DNA of 64,000 nt from Lytechinus pictus (lineage: Eukaryota), in the NCBI RefSeq assembly GCF_037042905.1, contig NC_087250.1, positions 22,632,001 to 22,696,000 on the forward strand, given 5' to 3'. Positions within the stretch are counted from its first letter, which is position 1, and each line of letters opens with the position of its first letter. The notes under the pieces are model-generated. The model made no database searches. It worked only from the letters and a program-made list of their open reading frames with translations, and was not told the origin of the DNA. Positions 26,810 through 39,740 of the stretch are shown in pieces. A program made the translations under genes and the position numbers.

Positions 26810-27397
26810 ACGGTGTGCGTAACATGATGATCAATGCAATTAAGCATAAAAATCAGCCATCCGATCAATATTTGTGATAATGGGTGTAGGCCATAGATAA
26901 TTTACCAGTTCAATTTATCAATATAATGTATCAATAAAAATCTAGCGTACAAAATTAGCCATCCATTAAATCTCAAAACCTTGTGACAGTAGTGGGCCCA
27001 GACCATAAATACCTTGCCAGAGTGCATTAATTATTCATTGATAGTACTCCATTGTTATGTCCAATTTCATTGTTCTTAGAAAAGGAAACCCAATGTCTGA
27101 TGTTATTGTTCTCAGAATTCTATATCCGATCATATCAATATAAGTTCACCCCTTGGGTACTGTTTATATAATTTCATTCATATTATTTACAATACTGTAA
27201 CATGATAGATGAGTGTACTTTCTGGGTCGTGAATTTCCAGACCGATTAGATGACATCTACCAGCAAAAAAAAAATCGATTTCTGACAGGAATTAAACTCT
27301 CACATTACAAAATCTCATCATTGATAAAAATAGTATCATGGTATGTGCATTATATCTTCTTGTTAATACATGTAGTTTTTTTTTTTTAAAGAATAAA

Positions 27398-27735
27398 GTT
27401 CTTCCTTTTCCTTGTTTTCCTCTCCGTTTTCTTCTCCTTCTTCTTTCTTCTCCTTCTCCCTCTCCTTCTTCTTCTTCTTGTTCTTCTTTCTTATCCTTCT
27501 TCTTCTTCTTTTCTTCTTCTTCTTCTTCTTTTCTTCTTCTTCTTCTTTTTTTCTTCTTCTTCTTTCCTCTCCTTCTTCTTCCTCTCCTCCTTCCTTTTCT
27601 TCTTCTTTCCTCTCCTTCTCCTTCTCCTTCTTCTTCTTCTTTTCTTATTCTTCTTCTTTTCTTCTTCCTTTTGTCTTCTGCTCCTCTTCCTCTCCCTCTT
27701 CCACTCCACTCCATCCCATCTCCTTTTTTTTCTTC
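27398..27735. repeat. (CTT)n-rich polypyrimidine microsatellite
   Basis: Almost pure C/T tract; source of the low-complexity ORFs here. Confidence 0.95.
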
Positions 27736-27962
27736 CAATTTCTTATTTTCTGTAATATTTACTGTAAATTGCACTGTTTGATTGACAGATGCATACAATT
27801 CGGCTGGTCAATTCCTTTTCTATGAAAGCTTCAGCCCACGTGGCCAAGAACCGTTTTTCACTAGTCTTTGTCATATCAATCCTGATATTATCGTGTTAAT
27901 TGTAAAATAACTGACAATAACTCATTTATGTAATCACATATTATCTCTTCACCAAAATTTAG

Positions 27963-28123
27963 GTCGTTGAACTAATTGGCACAAAGAACGCGAAGAACTA
28001 CTTCACTCGGCACACGCAACGTCTTCGCCAAAACCACCAGCAGAATAAGATGAAACTCTACCTAGGAAGGCTTCCAGATGCGCTGGAGAGTACATTCCCA
28101 GATTTAAAGTCCATCAGTGGAAG
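27963..28123 (+). CDS. ARHGAP35: p190 RhoGAP coding exon 4 (FF1)
   Basis: Not in the ORF track; tttag|VVELIGTKNAKNYFTRHTQRLRQNH...LYLGRLPDALESTFPDLKSISG|gtaagc; phase 0-2 fits neighbours. Confidence 0.9.
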
Positions 28124-28542
28124 GTAAGCTTACTCCCCCCATAGCAGCAATGGAATATGCCAAATTTTGACGTATTTGCAATGTAGACAAGACCAGTTCA
28201 TTCGAATTGTAGGGATGTGGATTTTTAAACGAAAGGTAAGGCTACTCCTCCCTGCCTCCACAATGGAATATGCCTCCTTCTGAATTAGGTGCATTGTAAA
28301 GGAGAGCAGTTCATTTAGAATTATAGGGATGCAGAGTTTAAATAGAACAAAATAACATAATACTTCTTTTTTTGTTGTTGAAAGTCTACCATAAATTCTT
28401 TTGGGCCAATGTAGCAGCTTTGAGAAAAGAAAAAATCAAAGAGTACTATTAAAGTGATGCCAGTCATCCTGCTTTACCCCGATTTGAGGCTCTGACAATT
28501 TCACATTTTAGGCTTTATATTATACAGCATACAGTGTATTTT

Positions 28543-28851
28543 GGGGGTGTCATGGTCTAGTGGTCATGACTCATCTTTCAATATGAGGGACGCGGGTTCA
28601 AATCCTAGCCATGGCGTGTTTTCCTTCAGCAAGAAATTTACCCTCATTGTGCTGCTTTCAACCCTGTTAATATGAATGGGTAATTGGGTACCTGGTAGAA
28701 AGAAATTCCTTGAATGCTTGAACGCCTTGTTAGCCAAGATAAAGCCGGGGTATTAATGATAGCAGGGCCCGCTTGGAGAACATTTTTCGGAACTGAAGTG
28801 GCCACCCTGGCTAAATATACCGTTATTAATAATGATAATAATAATAATAAT
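28543..28851 (+). mobile_element. tRNA-derived SINE
   Basis: A/B boxes, same body as the 14901 copy, (AAT)n tail. Confidence 0.85.
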
Positions 28852-28953
28852 GTGACTTGTAAAGCGCCAAATCCACTCTGTAGAGTACTCAAGGTGCAGC
28901 ATTGAGCACTTAATTATTATTTGTTACAGCACTTACATGTATGGGGCTTTTAA

Positions 28954-29365
28954 GGCCACCGCACACCTTACGATCGGTCTGCGACCCGATTTTGAATAAC
29001 ACGTAGTAGCATTTGATGCTAATATTGAGACCTGGAATATCTTACTGTGTAATGTTCGAAATCATTATACGAATACCTATGTTCAAATCTGTGACTAAGC
29101 TATCATCCTTCTTAGAATAAAAGCAAATTTAATATCTAGTCGTAATGACGTCATAGCAATCGTACGATTGGCTACGATTTGAAACTAAATTGGCCTTTAC
29201 TCCAAAATAAAGGCTTGCAATCATTCAAAGTGGTTATATTAGTATTCTTTCAATTAATTTCAACCTCTAATAAAATGATATGTTCCATTCATATTCTCAG
29301 AAAATTAGCAAAATGTGATTTGTTCCAAAATCGGATCGGGAACAGTCGTAAGGTGTGCGGTGGCC
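28954..29365. mobile_element. MITE (ggccaccgcacaccttacga TIR)
   Basis: Perfect 20-bp TIR, TTAA/TTCA flanks. Confidence 0.85.
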
Positions 29366-29394
29366 TTCAGTTGTTGTAACTTTTTAAACGCTAT

Positions 29395-29698
29395 GGCCCG
29401 TATTCTGAAGTCGGGTTTAAGTTAAACTCAGGTTTAAAGTTGTGGTTTAAGTATGGGAAGCCAAAAGTATCAAATTTGTTATTAAGTTGTATGTTTCTTA
29501 TGTTTACTGTGCTCTGTCCTGATTCATCGATGGTGAAGCCAATAATCTTTTTATACTTCCTAGACAATTATGAATGAGCCAAATGAGCTGAAATATGATA
29601 TCTCTACTGTTAGTGATTTATGTAACAATTGGCTCGCCATACTTAAACCACAACTTTAAACCTGAGTTTAAGTTAAACCCGACTTCAGAATACGGGCC
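29395..29698. mobile_element. MITE family E
   Basis: Long TIR (~60 bp), tat TSD. Confidence 0.9.
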
Positions 29699-30009
29699 TA
29701 TGAGTAAAACTTACTGGAATTTACTCTGTTGAAGTGCTTTTATGATGAGCATTTATAGTATTTCAAAATGCGCATTCTTCACAGAAAGCATAAGGAAAAC
29801 CTATCTTGGTCGTTCCCTCCTCCCCAAGCCCCCTATTTAACACATGCTGTCATCTTCCCACACAATGAGTAATATTAATAGTTTAATAACCTCTAGTAAC
29901 CGCTTGAATTGAAACCAAATTACTTTCGAGATAGGATAAAGGGAATTTAATGTGTTTACATAGTGCCTAATAGTACCTATTTATCAGAAGTCTCTACGAA
30001 AAAGGCACT

Positions 30010-30360
30010 GTACAATAAATGCTCAGCATTTCATGGAACGAATTCCTGCCAGGTACCCATTTACATGTACCTCACCTGGGTTGAGTGCAGCACAGTAGGG
30101 ATCAATTTCTTGCTGAAGGAACTTAGGACATGGCTGGGATTCGAACCCACGTCCCTCACATTGATAGATGAGAGTCATGACCACGACGTCCCCACAATAC
30201 ACTGTACGCTGTATGATATAAAGCCTGGAATGTGAAATTGTCAGGGCCTCAAATCGGGCAAATCTGTGGATCAATTTCTTTGCTGAAGGAAATTATGCCT
30301 TGGCTGGGATTTGAACCCATAACCCTATGTTTAAAAGTTGGGAGACTAATCCACTGGACC
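30010..30360 (-). mobile_element. Two tRNA-SINE fragments, minus strand
   Basis: Reverse-complement B boxes (ggattcgaacc, ggatttgaacc) and SINE body. Confidence 0.78.
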
Positions 30361-31234
30361 CTAGTAATCAGTGATCATCGATCCATTATAAGGCTGCGAT
30401 GAATGCAAGGAATGCTCCCCAGAGAGTGGAAATTGTGCACTTTTCGTGCGGGATTGAAATGAATCCAATGACCGGGGTAATAACATGCTGTAAAGCGCTT
30501 TGGGCCATTACGGGAAAAGTGCTATAGAAAAACTAGCTATTATTATTTATTCAAGACCATAGTGGTTTAATGTTTGAAAAGTATTCATTTAGTCCAGCAA
30601 AAATCTGTGGGCTTTGTTGTGATTTAAAGGAAGTAGTAGTGATTTTTGGTGTGTGTGGTGAAAGAGATGATGAACTGCACTTCAGAAACAATAGACAGAT
30701 TTACCTTCATGAATGGCAGACACTGCATAACGATAGAATCTCTTTGGGGCAAGATCCTGGTGGGTCTATTAATGACAGGAGGTGATGTTGTGTTTGAATA
30801 AAAACCACTACTCAACCACAATCAAAACCCCACTAATCCTTGCTGTAATCCGCAACATGTACCTTTCTCCAAGTGCTCTTTTTGTGGTCAGAGGAAGTGC
30901 GTTAAAGACTATCTAAAAATTTCCCTAAAGTGATGTGGCATAAACCCTGACACCTGGAAGGAATTAACCAAGGACCGTTCTGCCTGGTGCACCATGGTAA
31001 GGGCTGGTATGTCGGGCTAGGAGTCAAGACGTGTGGGCAAGCTAGAACAAAAACGGCAGTGTCGAAAAGACAGAGCAAGTACCACCGCTGTGCCTGCCCC
31101 ACTGCCGCCTTTTGTTTGCCCACTCTACCAGATTTTTTGGGCAAAGATTGGTCTATTTAGTAATCTTTGAACCCACAGGGATATTGTGGTTGTCTTCGCT
31201 AGCGGAGGACGAACATCATCCATTCTTACACTGA

Positions 31235-31630
31235 AGCCCTGCACACACTATGCAACGCGATCGCACCAAGTCTGATTGCAACAAAGTCACAGAGTGTGCG
31301 TCAACCTACAACGCGCTGCAACTGTGACCGGCTTTGTTGCAGTAGGATTGCAGACCAGATCTCAGACTTTTGGCATGTCAGATCTTGCTGCGATTTCTCT
31401 GCGATTTTGCTTATTCCAGCCAATCAGATTTGTCCTAGATGATGATGTCATGGCCAATTTTCTGCACTGCTCCAGCGCAGACAACATACTCGCCAAAGAT
31501 GAGGCACCATGAGAAGCAGAGTGCTGCAGAGCTGTTGCAATGCGTGGCCTGCGATTGCACTAAGACTCGCTTGGCAACTAGTAGCGATCATATCTCGGTG
31601 CAATCTCATCACATAGTGTGCGCTGGGTTT
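31235..31630. mobile_element. MITE-like element
   Basis: Imperfect TIR aagccctgcacacactatg / catagtgtgcgctgggttt; CpG-rich interior. Confidence 0.6.
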
Positions 31631-34105
31631 AGGATGGCTGGTTCTCAACAAAAGCATGGAAGGAATATTTGACATCAAAGCTGAAGTACCATTTTCCATG
31701 CTACACCACAAAAACCCCACAGATAATTTTATACCAAATTAACACCTTTTAAACAGTCAAATCACTGTGAATGCGGTTGAGAGTGAAACAGTTATGATTT
31801 ATCTTGAAGTGAGCAATATGATATGCTCAACATTAATCCATTAGTTTTTATTGACCATAAACCACTTCAATGCTCCTGGACGGTAATCAATCATCTGGAA
31901 ATTGAAACAAGGAGTCAAGATTTTGGATTTATATTTTGAAGAGTCTCAACTTTATTTTTGTTCTGGAGAAAGAATAGTTCCTGGAAAAAAATGTTCAAAA
32001 TTAAATGTAGATTTTAGGGAGGCAATTGCTTGTTTTTATTGTAATCTAGAAACATGACCTTGGTGGGAAAATACATTATGTGGGGTAAAGGGTTGTTATT
32101 CTGTGAAGGGTAATCCCACTCCTCCCTTGAGTCACAATGGAATATTCCTGCTTTTTAAGCAGTTGGAGTGTAGAGGAGACCATTCCATTAGAATTGTAGG
32201 GATATTTAGTTTAATTTTAGTTAGGGGGGAGGGGGGGGGGTCCTCCCTATAGTCTTAATGGACTATGCCTGCTTGTGAAGCAGTTGCTGTGTAGAGGAGA
32301 TCATTCCATTATAATATGTAGGGGTGTTGAGTTTTATTTGCTTGTAATTTGCAAGAGAGCCCCTGTCATAGCTTTATTTTCGGATTGAATATTTTTATAT
32401 GAAATCTTGTGACCCCAGTTACGCAAAGCTAACAGAAATTCAAAAAATTCAGTCAAAATATGGATTTTCGAGAAATCCACAGAAAACTCAATTGTTTTAA
32501 TGCCCAAATATTTGAATTATAAAAATAGAGTGAAAATCACATGAAAATAAAAGAATAATGCATGTCAATAAACCATGCTTATTAGTATTGTGTTGGCACG
32601 TTGATGGATAAAATACGAAAAATGAAATGTGTCTCATAAATTCATTGATTTATCACAAACATAACTTCATAGATGTTCAAATATTATAAAGGTCTTAAAA
32701 CTAATAATGATTGTTTTTGGTTTCACTGATTTCTTTGAGATCTCAAAGCATCAATAAAATTACACAGTATGTGGAACTGTAATAATGAATAATGAATCGG
32801 TCTCTAGTGTAGTCCCTCACATCCTCTTTTTTGTTAGTCCATGTGAATTTCAGCATATCCAAACCACTATGCTACAAACCACTTTAAGACAAATTCCTTC
32901 ACTAATCCATCCATTTCATAAACCTGTTAAAATAACAATTTAACAATAACAGCTATAAGCTACTGAAATCATTCTGATTGGCTGATAGTAAAGTTTGTTT
33001 ATAGAAATGCATATTATAAATCACGCTTTTATAAAACCGGACCGAGAACCTATTTTATCTTTAAAAACCAATTGACTATATGATATCATGCCAATAACTA
33101 CCCACCTGACTTTTAACTTGTATTTAATTGATTATTTCATCATATGAGGAAGTGTAATACTCAAATATCAGTTTTGCATACCACTTTAATATCATCTTGA
33201 GACATGAAAACACTTAGATAGGAAATACACTCTTGACTGATGTTTACACCAGGACAAGTTGTCTTTATAACAAAACTATAAGATTGTTTCTACAGTGTGA
33301 GCACACACTTCCTTGTCAGCCATAGCTTTCCTCCTATAACTAGGGATATAATGTGGACTATTGTCCTGATGCTGGAAAAACATGACTTTTTCGTTTTCAG
33401 GGGCTACCTTTCAGGTGACACAACATTTTCTCCTGCAACTTGTAATTTTGTCTAAGATGTAGGGTTAGGGTTGCCATAGGGTTGTATTAAAGTTAAGGGT
33501 TAGGTTAAGGGTAGGGTATAGTGTTAAACTCAGGGTTGAAGCCCCTGCCCCCATGTAACTATTCCCTGCCCTCATGTACTAAAGATGATGATATTATACC
33601 AAATTGATATACATGTAGCACTCTGAAATGACACATGTACATGTAGGTTTTCATTTTTAGATTTAAAGTATTCTGATAGTAAACTGAAATTAATATGAAC
33701 GTTCGAGTTGATAATGAAAATCTGAAAATCTTATGTCTTGATATCATTTGGTAGAAAAGGTGGATAGAGATACATGTAGAAGTGAAACGGTAAGGTGGGA
33801 AAGTAGAGGTTGGGAAGTAGAGTATTCTTTCGAAATGAGTATAGTCCTTAAAAGGACTGTAAATTAGGTTATCAGAAGGAGTAGAAAGCTGAGTACATGT
33901 AGTAGGTACAGTAGGGTGAGAGGCTTGAGCCTTCTACTGAAGCCTTGTGATCAAGCTTTCCACTCCTTCCGGTTTACAGTCCTTTTAAGGACTACTCTCA
34001 TTCCAAAAAGAATAGTCTACTTTCAAACCTCCACTTTCTTGTCTTTCCGATTTCTCTTCCATCTCTGTTCACTTTTGTTTCGGTCTTTTCAGGACTTTAC
34101 ACATG

Positions 34106-34360
34106 GGCCCCGTCCTACAAAGAGTTACATCGTAACTCTATGGAAATCCATCAGTGTCATAATTCTTTTCTACAGGAAATTTGCAAAATTTCCTTTTTAA
34201 ACAAAGGAGAACACATCAAATTGTCAAGAAATCAATGAATTTATGATACATTCATAACTAGAATTTTTTTTGAACAAACATGCATTTTATATGTTGACTT
34301 TGCTGGCTTTCCATAGTTGCGATTGATCGGATCAATCACAACTCTTTGTAAGATGGGCCC
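34106..34360. mobile_element. MITE family C
   Basis: TIR, atg target duplication. Confidence 0.82.
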
Positions 34361-34542
34361 CATGGTGTATACCGTAAACCACTTCTTCAATTGTTCACCA
34401 TGCAAACCTTCAAGCATCACCCAGTTTGAAATACTTTTAAATAGAGTTCATTTTGAGACAACAATTAAGAAAAATATTATTCTGTTTAAACTTCTGGTTC
34501 CTGTTAAGTTTGTCTTCAATTTCCTTGTCAGATTGTATTCTT

Positions 34543-35540
34543 TGGCTCGTATTCTGAACTTGGGTTTTTTTAAACTCTGGGCCCTGTCTTACAAAGAGTT
34601 GCGATTGATCCGATCAACCACAACTATGGAAAGCCAGCAACATCAACATCTGAAATGCATGTTTGTTCGTAATATTTTCTAGATATGATGTATATTCATG
34701 ATACATGTTCATAATTTCTTTGAGAATTCAGTGTGCTTCTCTTTGTTTATAAAGGACATTGCGCAAATCTTTTGTCGAAAAAATTATGACATCATTGATG
34801 GATTTCGATATAGTTGATGTTGATTGATCATTCATAACTCTCTGATAGATTGGTCCCAGGTCTAAGGGTTATGATTTAGTTATGGAAAGTCAACTGTGAC
34901 ATACAGGCTCTATTCATTAACTAAATTTTCATATTATTCATTCATAATTGTCTAGGAACCTGAATTAGTTTTCCTCACTTTTCATAAAACATCAGAAAAG
35001 AGCACAGTTCAGGGTTCCCAGCCCATCAGGGAATTCAGGGAAAATCATTTTACAATGTACTTTTTTCCAGTCAAGGAAATATCAGGGAATTTGATATAAA
35101 AATACCTCATATCAGGGAAAAATGCCTCAAATGAGGGAAATATCAGGGAATTTTGATCGGCCCAAAAGTCGAAAGCACGGTAGTCAGTCAGACTCTGTTA
35201 TATTTTGTTGCATATCAAAACAACATCCATTGAATGACTGGATATGGTGGTACTAATTAGTTTTACATTATTTTTATACTGAAATACTGAAATACAAAAT
35301 ACAAGTAATTCACTGCAACAACTTATAAAACATGCGAAACTGGGAATAGGTTTAAATAATTATCAGGGAGTTTTTAAACTTCATCAGGAAAAAATCAGGG
35401 AAGTTTGTTTTCTTGAAAAGCTGGGAACCCTGGCAGTTGACATATAAATAACTACATGTATATGCTTTTAAAATGTTGTTACGAGTTTTAGGCTTTTATA
35501 ATTTCAGCACAGTTAGACCATAATCTAAAAAAAACTGGCC
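34543..35540. mobile_element. Old family-E MITE interrupted by a family-C MITE (34579-34858) and a hAT-like element (35010-35432)
   Basis: Family-E segments resume after each insertion; inner TIR cagggttcccagc / gctgggaaccctg. Confidence 0.7.
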
Positions 35541-36025
35541 TTCATTATATGAGCCTATTAAAGAATAGTATAATAAAAATTGTGTAAAAATTAAAATCCA
35601 ACAAGTCTTGTTCAGTAATATCAGGAAGTATTCTATGATACTGAAAAACTCAAAATTCTTGAAAATTATTACAATCATTGCTTCTAATGAATATATTAAA
35701 TGCACTTTCATGATGGGAATATATTCTCAACATTTGTTATCTACCCAAAGTTAGGTTTTTATTTATTTATTATTAATTCATTGTTATTTTTGAGGGGGTT
35801 AGTTTCTATTTTGGTAAACATATCAAAATAAACATGAACAATTTTTCCCTAGAAACATAGATTTAAAATCTGGTATTTGATCACATAGCTGATACTATTA
35901 ATAACTGTATCTTCTCTCATCATCGTCTCTTTGTCTCTCTTTCTCTCTGTTCATCTGCCTCTCATTATTTTTTGTGTCTTCACCCCTCTCTCATCTATCA
36001 TTCTCTGTCTTCATCTCTCTGTCAG

Positions 36026-36241
36026 GGACTGGACCGAGTGTCGTATGCTACTGCCTCAGATGGCCCACTTTGAGGAGTGGTTCATCATCCTACCCCAAGA
36101 TCAAACCTGGAGGGAGAGCGAGTACATCGATACGGACGAGCTCCGCATCCCTTACGACCTTCTCGAAGGCTACGAAGTCGAGTGTGAGAATTGCTTCCAG
36201 GATCACGTCAATAGGCTCAATGCTGCGAAGAGGAAAGAGAG
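36026..36241 (+). CDS. ARHGAP35: p190 RhoGAP coding exon 5
   Basis: CT-rich acceptor; DWTECRMLLPQMAHFEEWF...RIPYDLL...FQDHVNRLNAAKRKER; donor gtaagt; phase 2-2. Confidence 0.92.
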
Positions 36242-36800
36242 GTAAGTCTTAGGGGGAAATGCATGTTTAGGGGAAACAGAGATGAGTGGGAGGGGGAGCG
36301 GATACATTGATACGGATGAGCTCCACATCCTGTACGACCTCCTGGAAGGCAACGAGATGGAGTGTGAGAATTGCTTCCAAGATCAAGTCAATAGGCTCAA
36401 TGCTGCGAAGAGGAAAGAGAAATGAGTCTTAGGGAGAAATGTGTGTTTGGGGGGAACAGAGATGAGTGCGAGGGGGAGCCGAGCGGATACATTGATACGG
36501 ATGAGCTCCACATCCTGTATGACCTTCTCGAAGGCTACGAAGTGGAGTGTGAGAATTGCTTCCAGGATCACGTCAATAGGCTCAATGCTGCGAAGAGGAA
36601 ACAGAGGTAAGTCTTAGAGGGAAATGCGTGTTTGGGGGAAACAGAGATGAGTCCGAGCGAATACATTGATACGGATGACCTCCACATCATGTATGACCAC
36701 CTGGAAGGCAACGAGATGGAGTGTGAGAATTGCTTCCAAGATCAAGTCAATAGGCTCAATGCTGCGAAGAGGAAAGAGAAATGAGTCTTAGGGGGAAATG
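36110..36800 (+). repeat. Tandem array (4 units, 174-185 bp) of the exon 5 3' half plus donor region
   Basis: YIDTDEL..YDLLEG.E.ECENCFQD.VNRLNAAKRK coding sequence recurs, ending at 36241, 36421, 36606 and 36780. Confidence 0.95.
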
Positions 36801-37082
36801 CGCGTTAAGGGGAAAGAGTGGTATTTGCTAGGGTCAAATGTAAGTTTTTGGGAACATGGACTGAGTTTTAGGGGGAAATTGAGGTGAGTACAAGGGGTAC
36901 ATGTCTGTAAAGGGATAGACTATTTTTCATTCCGCTAAAAGATGACAAGAACATACTTGCCAAAACAATATTGTATGATCTTTTCCGGGATCAAACATAT
37001 GCCCTTGGAAGAAACATGGACATACCACAAAATCTCTACATTGATTCATTGAACATTTTCACCCAATTTCATCTCATTTCAG

Positions 37083-37382
37083 AATGAAAGCGGAATTCAA
37101 GAAGCTCTTGGAATCTCTCCCAAACATCGTCCTCCCTTTCCGTTCCATGGATGAAGACGTTGTCATGGAAGCGATCTCCAACCATGAAAGCTACAAGGAG
37201 CTGGACGAAAGCACGAAGATAGCCATTTATAATGTACATCAAGAGGACATTCAAGCGAGAGCTCAGTCTGACTTTATTGAACTACTCATAGAGAAATACG
37301 CTCTCCTTGCGAGAGTGGATATCACACAAAAACCAAGCAAAGAGGTGGAGAAATTGGTCAAACAACTGGAGCATGAGCCTAG
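37083..37382 (+). CDS. ARHGAP35: p190 RhoGAP coding exon 6 (FF domains)
   Basis: MKAEFKKLLE...IYNVHQEDIQARAQSDFIELLIE...LEHEPR; phase 2-2. Confidence 0.92.
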
Positions 37383-37460
37383 GTGAGATAATGAGTTGAA
37401 TCTTAATTGATAGTATGGAGTTTTCACTTCATGGCGTATGGAGGAATCAAAGACACAGTA

Positions 37461-37770
37461 GGCCTTTTTCTGAAGTCGGGTTTAACTTAAACTCGGGTTT
37501 AAAGTTGTGGTTTAAGTATGGATAGCCAATTGTTACATAAATCACTAACAGTAGAGATATCATATTTCAGCTCATTTGGCTCTCAAATCATTCATAATTG
37601 TCTAGGAAGTATAAATAGATGATTGTCTTCACCATCGATGAATCAGGAAAGAGCACAGTAAACATAAGAAACATACAACTTGATAATAAGTTTGACACTT
37701 TTGGCTTCCCATAATTTTAGCACAGAGTTAGACCATAGTCTAAGTTAAACTTGACTTTAGAATATGGGCC
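37461..37770. mobile_element. MITE family E, opposite orientation to the 29395/40878/55167 copies
   Basis: TIRs; interior is the reverse complement of the other copies. Confidence 0.88.
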
Positions 37771-37978
37771 AGTAAATATATTGCAAATACCTGTCAAGTG
37801 ACAAAGAACAGCTGGGAGGTCTTTGTCGAAAATCGGTGAACCGGAGCAGCAGTTTCATCTTATGTTTCGGAGCTGACAAAAAATTACAAATATGTCGTTT
37901 GTCCAGAGTCATGGACTAAACCACTGTTTTGATTCACCAATTTTTGACAAAGACTTCTTGGTTGTTCTTTGTCATGAG

Positions 37979-38341
37979 GGGCATTCTCCGTTCTGGCTCA
38001 CAAAATCTTCTTTCTGAAATTACTGTCAAGACCAAATCATATGGGGATCGGGCTTTCCAAAAAGCTGCACCAGCACAATGGAATTCTCTACCACCAACAT
38101 TAAGAAATATTACCCAGCTTGAGAAATTCAAAGTACAATTAAAAACCCACCTCTTTCAGAATGTTTAACTTAGTCACATGTAGGTCCAATCCATGTTTAA
38201 TATTCTTTGATCTTATGTATAATTATTTGATGTCTAATTTTTAAATTTACAATTCTCACCACATTTCTTGCTTTCCTCACGCATAGAGACCTGTAGGTGT
38301 TACGTGTATTTAAGAACTGTACTATTATTATTATTATTATT
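37979..38341 (+). mobile_element. 5'-truncated LINE (L2/CR1 group) 3' end
   Basis: GDRAFQKAAPAQWNSLPPTLRN...FKVQLKTHLF is a typical ORF2 C-terminus; followed by a 3' UTR and (TTA)n tail. Confidence 0.82.
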
Positions 38342-38687
38342 TGACAATACATTTTTCTACGTTGTTGAATCCTTCCTACCTTGCTGTGTGTAAACTCCCT
38401 AATTGTAAGGAGTAATACCACTGCAGTAGTATTTTAAAATAGAGAAATACATATGGATTGATTTTTATCAATTGAAAACTGATAATTATCTTCTTCTGTT
38501 GATTTCCTCCAGTCCTGGATCCAGTGGATACGCAGAAAAAGTGCTTTGATAAAAATATAGAGAGACAAAAGAGCAAGGCTCAGGAGGAGGGTGGGATATC
38601 ATTGTCTATTTACTCACAAGAATGTGTCCTTTATTGCTCTCACTTTGAAATGTTTACAAGTAGTTTAACTGCTTTTCTTCTAAACTA

Positions 38688-38960
38688 TGGAAGAGTTGTG
38701 GTGTAGTGGTTCAGACTTTCAGCTTGTAAACAGAGGGTCGTGTGTTCGAATCCCACCATGGTCTAGTGTCCTTTGGCAAGGCGTTAATCCACACTTGCCA
38801 CTCTCGACCCAGGTGCCAAATGGGTACTCAGTAGGACATAAAAGTCATTGTAGCTGGTCCAGTACTGTGTGTGCATCACCGGTGGCTAACTAGAAAACTC
38901 CCCAGGGAGTGGAGGATGTGCACACATTGTGTGCGGAAATGACTGATTGAATCTGATGTA
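38688..38960 (+). mobile_element. tRNA-derived SINE (related subfamily)
   Basis: tggtgtagtgg A box, gttcgaatcc B box, cactctcgacccaggtg core. Confidence 0.75.
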
Positions 38961-39175
38961 AATATATTTGGAAGGGCTTAGACATAATAATCATAATAAT
39001 GATGATAGGCTATAGGTATATTTACCCAGAAAAGCCACTTCAGTTCTGAAAACTGTTCTCCCAGCAGGCCCTGCTATTATTACACGTTGACATGTTGTTC
39101 TGATTTATTAAGCGCTATTATAAAGCGGAATTTTATTATCAAACTTCATCAATTTTTCTCCCCTTTCTCTTCCAG

Positions 39176-39328
39176 ATGGCAGAAGCTATCGGAGATGAGT
39201 CTAGAGCGATACATCATGTTGATAAAGCAACTTGCTTTTGTACATAATCCTACCACAGACAGCTGCTACTATGGAGAGAAGTGTATGGAAAAACTAACCC
39301 AGTGCTGTATAGAACGAACAGTACAAAA
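39176..39328 (+). CDS. ARHGAP35: p190 RhoGAP coding exon 7
   Basis: ttccag|WQKLSEMSLERYIMLIKQLAFVHNPTTDSCYYGEKCME...TVQK|gtgaga; phase 2-2. Confidence 0.92.
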
Positions 39329-39740
39329 GTGAGATTATTTCAACTTTCATTTGAAGCCTCCTTTAGTATAGCTTTAAATAGTAGTTTCATTATTTTAAGA
39401 AGTGTTTGGAAATACTGACTCAATGCTGTATAGAACGAACAGTACAAAAGTGAGATTATTTCAACTTTAATTTGAAGCCTCCTTTAATATAGCTTTAAAT
39501 AGTAGTCTCATTATTTTAAGAAGTGTTTGGAAATACTGACTCAATGCTGTATAGAACGAACAGTACAAAAGTGAGATTATTTCAACTTTTATTTGAAGCC
39601 TCCTTTAATATAGCTTTAAATAGTAGTCTCATTATTTTAAGAAGTGTTTGGAAATACTAACTCAATGTTGTATAGAACGAACAGTACAAAAGTGAGATTA
39701 TTTCAACTTTCATTTGAAGACTCCTTAATATAGCTTTAAA
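39276..39740 (+). repeat. 121-bp tandem repeat x4 containing the exon 7 3' end and donor
   Basis: gtacaaaa|gtgaga donors at 39329, 39450, 39571 and 39692. Confidence 0.95.

Noticed and set aside
27292..27825. Overlapping K/E/R-rich and F/S/L-rich ORFs
   Set aside because: Translations of a (CTT)n microsatellite
33460..33540. TTAGGG-like runs (also 50620-50690)
   Set aside because: Short, degenerate and part of a dispersed repeat present twice; not a telomeric array
36422..36610. 62-aa ORF resembling p190 exon 5 as a separate gene or exon
   Set aside because: One unit of the exon-end tandem array; lacks a pyrimidine-rich acceptor
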